Shown: positions 58,001 to 64,000 of the stretch, one piece after another
How positions within the stretch are numbered: position 1 is the first letter of the stretch
How the letters are laid out: each line of letters begins with the position of its first letter
IMG/VR virus record: IMGVR_UViG_3300020274_000001
Coordinates: 76,337-140,336 of that record
Length of the DNA stretch: 64,000 bases
Strand: one strand, 5' to 3'
Source: a virus
Made by a program: the position numbers and the translations under genes
The notes under the pieces: generated by a model
What the model saw: the letters and a program-made list of their open reading frames with translations, nothing else
Told to the model about the DNA's origin: nothing
Database searches by the model: none

Positions 58001-61000
58001 GATTCATGGGAGATTGGATGGGCAAGCGCAAAGGTCCACTTGTCCGAAAAGGACAACCTACACGCAGACTACTTGCACTATGGGTATGGGGATTCGACCC
58101 ATGGCGATACGCCCGCAAAGTCGAGAAGCGTAAAACCATGCCGAAGTGTCCAAAGGTCCCATGGATTGGTAGAACCGAGAAGCGCATGTATGGAGTTCAA
58201 TCCGATGAAGTAAAGATGAACCCACCGTCAAAATCAATTCGATTGGCAGACTTAATTTCTCGATTAGATATGAAGGCTCTAATAAGGAATATGACTGCCA
58301 GAATGGAAGGAAAGCGGGGGCTTCCGGGTCATTGGAGCAAAACATCGGGAATTACACTGGAGGAAAAACACAAACGAAACAAGAAAATATATGCCAAATT
58401 CCTCAAAGACCAATATGGCTACACAGGCAATTCTCCGATTAACGCTTTAGAGGCAGTGTTTGCCTCGCAGTTAAAAAAGTTCAAGAAAGACAAATTGACA
58501 ATATATCGAGCAATCATTACAGTCAATGACCCAGAAGCATTGTCAGAAACATGGAACAAATATGGTGTGTTCGAATCATGGGGAACCAAGAAACACAACG
58601 CTGACATTTACTCTGCTGGAGGTAATGTCGTTAAACTCATGAACGCTGGTAACCAAGCACTTATCGAAGGAGAGATATATTTCGGAGACGTCGATTGGAC
58701 GCAAACCATTGAAAATAACATTCATTTTGGCAAATCTGAAGACGAAATAAACCCGGACCCACACACTACCGTTTTTGTCAATAAGGTTTCCTTCTACAAA
58801 TTGGACGATAAAGCCCGCAAGAAATATGCTGACGCCGTGACCGGAATTGGTTTCAATTGGAAGCCATGGATTGACCCATCGTTTAAGCCCGTCAATGTAT
58901 GGGAACCAAAAGAGCACTTTCCGGTTTATGGCCCCAATTACAACGACCTATACGGCCCAGCAAAGGCAAACCCACAAGACAAACTACCATGGCTCCCAGA
59001 ACCAGAAGTAGACCCTGCAACAATCGAGCCTCACCTTGATTGGCCACAATTCACTAAACCATCGTGGTTACCGCAGAGCATGATTCCTAAGACTGCGGTG
59101 TTGTCTCCTCGCCGAGTAATAAATTTCCAAGGACAACGAAGAGTAAAGCCGGCGTTCTATTACATTCCACCAGCAGACCTCAACGCTTTAATCAACTCAC
59201 AGAAGTATCTTGAGTTACAAGAAGCAGACCGACAACGCAAGATAGCCGAAGCCGAAGCACTCAAGAAACAATTACAAGAGCAGGGCCAAACATTCCTCGG
59301 CGATTGGAAGGAGAATCCTCCGCATATATTCAAGAAAGGAGACATAATTTACTACAACAACGACACTCCGAAGAAATGGCAAGGTAGAAAGGGTAGAGAG
59401 ACTCTCATCGAGAAATATGACTCTTTCAGAGTTTGGGAAGTAAAGGGAGTAAATGAAATGCCCAATTTGCCGCCAGCGTATCAATTAATGCCAATAAAAT
59501 CATTCAATGTAAAGACGAAAATCACATTGGGTCAGAAATTTGTTGAGGCTAATTTCATCAAAGAACCCGACATGGGCGGTTCGATGTTGCCAGATTATCT
59601 GGTGAACCCGTCTAACATTCCGTTCCCGATTCCCGAGGAATACCAAGAGGAACTTGAACGTCGTCTTACCGAAGAGATGACCTCCGAAGGATACAAGCCA
59701 CACACAATCCCCGAAGTTATCGAGGAAGGACTGTATGATGACTCTCCGTCAGACTTTGCATATGCGCAAGGAGAGTATGAAGAATTCCTCGAAGAAATAG
59801 AGAAAGGAGACTTTGACGAGGCGTATGCAGAATACAGTGACGTAGAGGGACATGTCGCTTATTGGCTGTGGACCAATCACCGCATCCAAGTCCCAATCTA
59901 TACAGGGACTCACGTAGATAAGACCCGAGTAAGAATACAGATATTCAATCATCTATTCAACCAATACGGCTTGAAATTCGGACCTAAGTATCTCAAGGGT
60001 GGTTCCAATTATGAGAAGGTCCACAAAGTGCGTAAGGCTCTCGATGCCGCCGCAGACGACCAAGGTAAGCCACGCAGTAAAGATACGGACGAAGAGATGG
60101 CCAAGAAGGTGGCAACATCAGTAGCGGCGATAGTAAAGAAAAATCCACCAACTGTAATAGCAACGGGTGCTCCACACAAGATAGCAGAATATGAGAAGCA
60201 TCTGGGAGATGGATATTCCTTCAACGACACGTATGACCTCCCCGAAGTCGAAGCAGGGCCGAAAACGGTAGCAATACACAAAGCCAAACTCGCTTACGAG
60301 GTGATGGGTGGGCCCGTTCTTGTAGAGGACACTACTTTACACATTCGAGGGATGTCATCAAAAGACGCATCGAAAATCAAGTTCCTTGTCAAGAATCTCG
60401 ACAAACACATAGGTAAGCGTGCCATCGAACGGGTATACATTGGCTATTGTGATGGAGAAAAGGTGTATCTGTATCTCGGTCAAACCAAAGGAACACTACT
60501 GTCCCCTCGTGGTGACAAAGGATTTGGATATGACCTATACTTCTCACCAGATGGCTCCGATAAGACCTACGCAGAAGAAAAGTTCGTTTCAAGTAGAACG
60601 AAGGCAATAAAGAAAATGCTTTCAGACAAGCCAGACTATGTTGGTCCTATGCCTGCTGATTGGAAAGGCGAATGGCAAGCAGGATATAGTCCAGCAGACG
60701 GAATCAATGAAAACCCGCCTAACTCTCTTGAAGAAGACTTTGAGTGGATGATTGACAACGCTTACGAGAACCTTACCAAGAAGATACAAGGAGAAGACTC
60801 AGACTACAATGGTCAACTGTGGTGGAATGAACAGAAGCCTTGGATTAGAGAGAAGTATGGAATGTCTCCGGTCGAAGGCGCAAGATGGTTAACTCCGATT
60901 TACGAAGAAGACTTCGACCCAGATAGCACCGAAGGTGAATTTACCGAGACAGATGACGCAACACCCCTGCACTTCTTGAACCAACTCAAGCGAATACCAT

Positions 61001-61608
61001 TGCAACGAGAACCGAATGCACTTAGAATACTACAAGTCGCTCTGAACATAGGTCAAGGACTTGCAACAGACGCTATCGAAGAAAGGTATTCCATCGAAGA
61101 CTTCGTTGCTTATGACAATCCCCGGACACCCAAAGGCAAGAAGTTTCCATCTAAGTATCTCAAAGGACTCAACTCTCTGGAGAAGATGATTGCCGAAGAT
61201 GAGATAGACAAGGGATACAAGTATGATGCTGACGACCCCAAGGCATACGAATTTTGGAAGTCTGACATCAAAGCCACTGCTCGGGGACTAAAGATTGGCA
61301 CATCTAAGCACCGTGTCAAATATTACAAGAAGTATAGGAAGAACATCGACAAGGACTACAAGCCAGCCGGTAACAGCCCTAAGCAGAAATTCCTCAACCG
61401 TATTCGTAAGGAAACCAAAATCAAGAAGTCAATACTTGAGAAGATATACGACAAAGGGTTAGCCGCTTGGAGAGTAGGACATAGACCGGGTGTAGCACAG
61501 CACCAATGGGCGGCAGGTAGAGTGTATGCTTTCGCAGTCGGTGCAGACTCTTCCACAGGCAAAGGTAAGCCAGACCACAAGTTAGCCGTCGAAGCGGGTG
61601 TGAGATGA
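55009..61608 (+). CDS. About 2200-aa NP-delimited multidomain protein: JAB-like, HD, guanylate-kinase-like, DUF3140-like, MazG-like, ITPase (Ham1), DUF5824-like
   Basis: YHTHPS..SSADD; LYHDVGK; AGPTMTGK..TTRPKR; WAKLINM..SGRAIL; EFLEE..EYSDV; ATGAPHK..VEDTTL..GFGYD; KGLAAWRVGHRPG..QWAAGRVYAF. Confidence 0.85.
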   Translation: MTRLNEYVISHAYGLPQEQDVIGQSTVAASGFDVEKGKWFVILNGTVQKQDIAKSVKSVIGKSKYFSTQGRVYEVTTDSKYNTEVVKSNPPGQVQTVVSGGVTSQRVRKNPVSVSDFRSEMHGMLVSDPRRDFKVIDAPTPFGGESFRDVLYSFVSYRGESYGWTKGNKIYHRRGSLIMPKLKVNRAVEGAKMFYHTHPSKDEPSLSSADDYQFYFDLAFAFGIKHFYTIMENRLDHFEITVKKSKEEDYLKMDEDKVLDDINSIIDASEAEITKKHKSDKNLPDEKFYAKMTKDTVTRLNRRFGDFATIKYKGHANPKIVRENPSDAGFRHNPPIRISHIHKASQLEELRDTTNNFEHYGANEYGHSQYVYWWVDHHFSNTNIHPQGRLYKLKELGLDDDNRRLLRAYMEEEIAPGYSKLDILLLLALYHDVGKKREKEQGIHHSIIASNMFQDEIGPELNLPKEVSDVCALLMLTDCGRKNTTPEAFKSQAGDFLGVAYALQIADMIAHHPFMFTSLASEAKQEGRLDKANVEQYKVMVAKELFSKIADFLQTRVKTNPPPVAKSIIYAGSYDSPIDGDIAEQYLEAKKKHNGQLFIPIEESDATVTLGLSSGSFRTTMSRAKGHFTEEDPFGADLAVSLYEQVGRVLSDFTPGLSFAEAPEPAVMVNPRHAKKIHVVTVAGPTMTGKQAVIEEVARMTGGVVIPTVTTRPKRKHEAKSTDRIFVSESKFKEMIEQGEFVEWNKAKNGYMFGRRFSDFTKSVAVVDVNLRNVSKYQDAFPNTTSVFLDPDMTPAKLTTKIRSEVAVSKEQAATKVKQIMKQVANAQHIPFDMVIKSQGDKPHATAKHISDDIERQNPPELLPVYGCPVCDVKAMTHTNWYCKEHGEVEANPKSREEWFMDWAKLINMKNKELEAFLNSPLGKKAGLSASEAKEQGINSGRVSGRAILRMRKKIGLGGPKDYVKGPTHASALFILAQKKWNDLDWEWCSRQVRFNKRFMGDWMGKRKGPLVRKGQPTRRLLALWVWGFDPWRYARKVEKRKTMPKCPKVPWIGRTEKRMYGVQSDEVKMNPPSKSIRLADLISRLDMKALIRNMTARMEGKRGLPGHWSKTSGITLEEKHKRNKKIYAKFLKDQYGYTGNSPINALEAVFASQLKKFKKDKLTIYRAIITVNDPEALSETWNKYGVFESWGTKKHNADIYSAGGNVVKLMNAGNQALIEGEIYFGDVDWTQTIENNIHFGKSEDEINPDPHTTVFVNKVSFYKLDDKARKKYADAVTGIGFNWKPWIDPSFKPVNVWEPKEHFPVYGPNYNDLYGPAKANPQDKLPWLPEPEVDPATIEPHLDWPQFTKPSWLPQSMIPKTAVLSPRRVINFQGQRRVKPAFYYIPPADLNALINSQKYLELQEADRQRKIAEAEALKKQLQEQGQTFLGDWKENPPHIFKKGDIIYYNNDTPKKWQGRKGRETLIEKYDSFRVWEVKGVNEMPNLPPAYQLMPIKSFNVKTKITLGQKFVEANFIKEPDMGGSMLPDYLVNPSNIPFPIPEEYQEELERRLTEEMTSEGYKPHTIPEVIEEGLYDDSPSDFAYAQGEYEEFLEEIEKGDFDEAYAEYSDVEGHVAYWLWTNHRIQVPIYTGTHVDKTRVRIQIFNHLFNQYGLKFGPKYLKGGSNYEKVHKVRKALDAAADDQGKPRSKDTDEEMAKKVATSVAAIVKKNPPTVIATGAPHKIAEYEKHLGDGYSFNDTYDLPEVEAGPKTVAIHKAKLAYEVMGGPVLVEDTTLHIRGMSSKDASKIKFLVKNLDKHIGKRAIERVYIGYCDGEKVYLYLGQTKGTLLSPRGDKGFGYDLYFSPDGSDKTYAEEKFVSSRTKAIKKMLSDKPDYVGPMPADWKGEWQAGYSPADGINENPPNSLEEDFEWMIDNAYENLTKKIQGEDSDYNGQLWWNEQKPWIREKYGMSPVEGARWLTPIYEEDFDPDSTEGEFTETDDATPLHFLNQLKRIPLQREPNALRILQVALNIGQGLATDAIEERYSIEDFVAYDNPRTPKGKKFPSKYLKGLNSLEKMIAEDEIDKGYKYDADDPKAYEFWKSDIKATARGLKIGTSKHRVKYYKKYRKNIDKDYKPAGNSPKQKFLNRIRKETKIKKSILEKIYDKGLAAWRVGHRPGVAQHQWAAGRVYAFAVGADSSTGKGKPDHKLAVEAGVR

Positions 61609-62072
61609 TGCCGGTAGAAACATACACCGGAAAAGACGGCACTCTGCTAATCTATTTGGACGACGCAGAATTCAACAATCTCATCTTAGAATATCTTCGT
61701 AACGTTCCCAAGGACCAATGGCCCTCTTATTTGCAAGATTCCGCGCAGAACATGTTTCGTTTAACGGGCATCGGATACTATCCAAACGGTATGGCGACAG
61801 ACGGTAAAATATACATTCGTTGGAAATGGCGAGGAGATGCCGAGTTGCTCGCACATGAATATGGACACATACTTGGACATGACCACACAGATTCCCTATC
61901 TATCATGAATGCCGTCACGCAATTACGGTTCTCCGACCCTCACGATTTAGAGCAGAAAGCAAAGGATAACTTCCCCGAACCGTGGCGTAAACATATTCAG
62001 CCTCACGAAGCCTACCGAAAAACGGTGATAGGGGGATTAGCCCTGTCTGCCGTCTGGGCGTGGATGATGTGA
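61605..62072 (+). CDS. Metzincin-type zinc metalloprotease with C-terminal membrane anchor
   Basis: HEYGHILGHDH (HExxHxxGxxH) and Met-turn SIMN. Confidence 0.85.
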   Translation: MMPVETYTGKDGTLLIYLDDAEFNNLILEYLRNVPKDQWPSYLQDSAQNMFRLTGIGYYPNGMATDGKIYIRWKWRGDAELLAHEYGHILGHDHTDSLSIMNAVTQLRFSDPHDLEQKAKDNFPEPWRKHIQPHEAYRKTVIGGLALSAVWAWMM

Positions 62073-62788
62073 GTAGCGACGGAAAGGTATTGTCTAAGGG
62101 GTTTTTGAAAGACATTCAGCGACGACATACAGTCATTATTGGAATGACTCGTTCTGGTAAGACATTCCTGTGTAAGCATATTTTGGAAGAATTGCAGAAC
62201 ATGAATACACATACCGTATTCTTTGACCCGAAACACGACGACGATTTCGCATCACTTGGAACAATATGCAAAACACCCATGCAATTTTACGCCCAACTCA
62301 TTGCTAAAAACCCACGAATTGTATACCGACCATCGGGGACAAAGGAGGGTCGTCAGAAAGACCTTACTAAGATTATTGACTTGACATTCAATCTGCAAAA
62401 GAACAAGAAGTTCCGTAACATTCGTCGAGTTATTGCTATTGATGAGATTCAGTTAATGGTAAAGAAGGGAGGACACGACGGAATAGAAAAATTGTGGACA
62501 GTCGGTGCCGGTCAAGGTATTGTTGGACTTGCAATTACCCAACGAGTGCAATTACTAAATGAGACGGTTTGGTCACAATCTGAAAACAAGTTACTGTTCA
62601 AAGTAGAGGACCGCCCCGAGTATCTCCGAAGTCGTAATCTTGAACACTTTGCAGAGTTACGAGACTTCTTCCTTGACCTCGCACATCAGTATTGGTTTTA
62701 CTATACTACCGGTGGTGGAGATTGGTTTAGACATCCTCCGGTTCGAGAAAGACCCAAGTATCATGGACCTCTCCGCTTGAAACGTTAG
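62060..62788 (+). CDS. Genome-packaging ATPase (A32/FtsK-HerA superfamily)
   Basis: Walker A GMTRSGKT, FFDPK, Walker B IAIDE, ITQR; about 240-aa stand-alone size. Confidence 0.8.
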   Translation: MDDVSSDGKVLSKGFLKDIQRRHTVIIGMTRSGKTFLCKHILEELQNMNTHTVFFDPKHDDDFASLGTICKTPMQFYAQLIAKNPRIVYRPSGTKEGRQKDLTKIIDLTFNLQKNKKFRNIRRVIAIDEIQLMVKKGGHDGIEKLWTVGAGQGIVGLAITQRVQLLNETVWSQSENKLLFKVEDRPEYLRSRNLEHFAELRDFFLDLAHQYWFYYTTGGGDWFRHPPVRERPKYHGPLRLKR

Positions 62789-62790
62789 AC

Positions 62791-63375
62791 ATGTTACTCG
62801 TCACAGTCCCCCACGCTAAACGAGAGGCGTCCGGAGACCATGATGAGGGCTCCATCCGCATGATACCCCACCTAAAGAGGGCACTTGACAACGAAGGTGT
62901 CGATTACGAAATACTCGTAGGTGATACTTACCGAAGCATCATCGACCTCAACCGAGGAGAGGCGAGAAACACCGAGTTCGCTAAAGATATGCGACGATTG
63001 CTAAAAAAGAGCAGGTATCACATTGATTTACACTCATTCCCCGACGTTTCACAAGATGCGTCAGAAGAAGAGTCGATAACTGCGATGGGAGATGACATTC
63101 GTAATTGGGCACTGTCCGATGTGGTGTTCCTAACAATACCAGACATTACCGACCCCGTATTCTTAGAAGAAATGAAAATGGGTTTGGAAGAAACAGTAAT
63201 TGTAGACGATATCCAAACCGACGATTACAATTTCATCACGGTCTTTTCGCAGGTTGCGATGGATGTCCCATCCATCCTCCTTGAATTGAATGAGGGTTCT
63301 GTCCAAGCATACCCTGCTGTTGCGGCGGAGATTGCCCGGGTTGTTGGACGTTTGCTTGGTTCTGTTGTCGCATGA
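62791..63375 (+). CDS. N-formylglutamate amidohydrolase-like zinc hydrolase
   Basis: VTVPHA, IDLNR, HIDLHSF and LLELNE motifs. Confidence 0.6.
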   Translation: MLLVTVPHAKREASGDHDEGSIRMIPHLKRALDNEGVDYEILVGDTYRSIIDLNRGEARNTEFAKDMRRLLKKSRYHIDLHSFPDVSQDASEEESITAMGDDIRNWALSDVVFLTIPDITDPVFLEEMKMGLEETVIVDDIQTDDYNFITVFSQVAMDVPSILLELNEGSVQAYPAVAAEIARVVGRLLGSVVA

Positions 63376-63499
63376 ATTGTGTGATAATGATATTTACTCC
63401 AGCCGACCGAGAAGGCCACCATCTCATTCGTATTCCGTATTCAATATAGTCGAATACATCTTTGTCTAAAGTGATGGAGATTTTCTCCTTTGCCGCCAT
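63236..63499 (-). CDS. Ribbon-helix-helix (CopG-like) regulator with Gln-rich tail
   Basis: KEKISITLDKDVFDYI...SRSAGVNIII. Confidence 0.65.
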   Translation of the reverse strand: MAAKEKISITLDKDVFDYIEYGIRMRWWPSRSAGVNIIITQFMRQQNQANVQQPGQSPPQQQGMLGQNPHSIQGGWMGHPSQPAKRP

Positions 63500-63665
63500 C
63501 TCTCTTTGTGGATGACGTGGTCCTGCCATGTATGTCCGATGTTAAGGGTAGACTTGACTGTTCCTATCATTTCGTCTCGATTTATAGGTATCCTACTCTA
63601 TCCTACTTTATCGCACCACCATTAATATGCGTATTCGGTTTCGGGTAGGAATAAGGGCGATTGTT

Positions 63666-64000
63666 ATGGCACTAAATGAAGTTATTATCGTAAACCCATC
63701 CGGCAAGCGAAAAAAGACTACACGGCGTCGAAAATCCCCTAACAGGAGTGCGAAAAATATGGCTCGAAGAAAAACGACAAGAAGCAAGACAGTGCGGCGG
63801 CGGAAATCCCCTGCACGTAGAAAATCAACGACCCGGCGACGGAAATCACCGGCACGACGCAAGTCAACCACACGGCGGCGGAAATCCACCACACGGCGGC
63901 GCAAGTCACCAAAGCGGCGGTCCACAACTCGCCGGCGGAAATCCACCACACGGCGGCGCAAGTCACCAAAGCGGCGGACCACACGGCGGCGGAAGACAAC
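63666..64000 (+). CDS. Protamine-like Arg/Lys/Ser/Thr-rich protein, truncated by the window edge (candidate genome-condensing core protein)
   Basis: MALNEVIIVNPSGKRKKTTRRRKSP followed by repeated RRRKSTT / RRRKSP; not in the ORF track because it has no stop in the window. Confidence 0.8.
   Translation, partial: MALNEVIIVNPSGKRKKTTRRRKSPNRSAKNMARRKTTRSKTVRRRKSPARRKSTTRRRKSPARRKSTTRRRKSTTRRRKSPKRRSTTRRRKSTTRRRKSPKRRTTRRRKT

Noticed and set aside
28541-62236. Numerous minus-strand ORFs within the late block
   Set aside because: They are contained in long, tightly packed + strand genes that have RBSs and recognisable domains
63608-63999. Minus-strand ORFs 63608-63982 and 63739-63999
   Set aside because: Antisense shadows of the Arg-rich repeat gene on the + strand

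Overview
This window looks like part of a large archaeal virus genome. The archaeal call rests on MCM, two PriS-type primases, a TFB-like protein and TATA-led leaderless genes. An A32/FtsK-HerA-type packaging ATPase and many membrane-anchored proteins suggest a tailless, membrane-containing virion; that is inference, and no major capsid protein was recognised. There are three blocks. (1) 1-15.3 kb is a + strand array of small accessory genes. Nearly every gene ends in a short hairpin followed by AUA-G, and 27 stem-closed units of about 41-49 nt sit between the genes at 16 loci. Each unit carries two variable spacers (mostly 8 nt) in a constant frame: stem-NAAHCA-[8]-GWAWTRYA-[8]-GWAW-stem-AUA/ACA. 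This resembles a dual-spacer guide-RNA system (TIGR-like or C/D-like) interleaved with mRNAs, but no Nop-domain effector was recognised in the window. (2) 15.3-28.5 kb is a replication and regulation block: PriS, MCM, an iteron-rich putative origin, a retropepsin-like protease, a TFB-like protein and RusA. (3) 28.5-64 kb is a + strand late block. It has a transglutaminase-like Cys protease followed by proteins rich in LG/LxG motifs, then very large multidomain proteins whose domains are separated by a recurrent Asn-Pro motif (HAD, NUDIX, AEP-ligase, JAB, HD, guanylate kinase, ITPase and others). It ends with a metalloprotease, the packaging ATPase and a protamine-like protein. All annotations were made by eye; no database searches were run.
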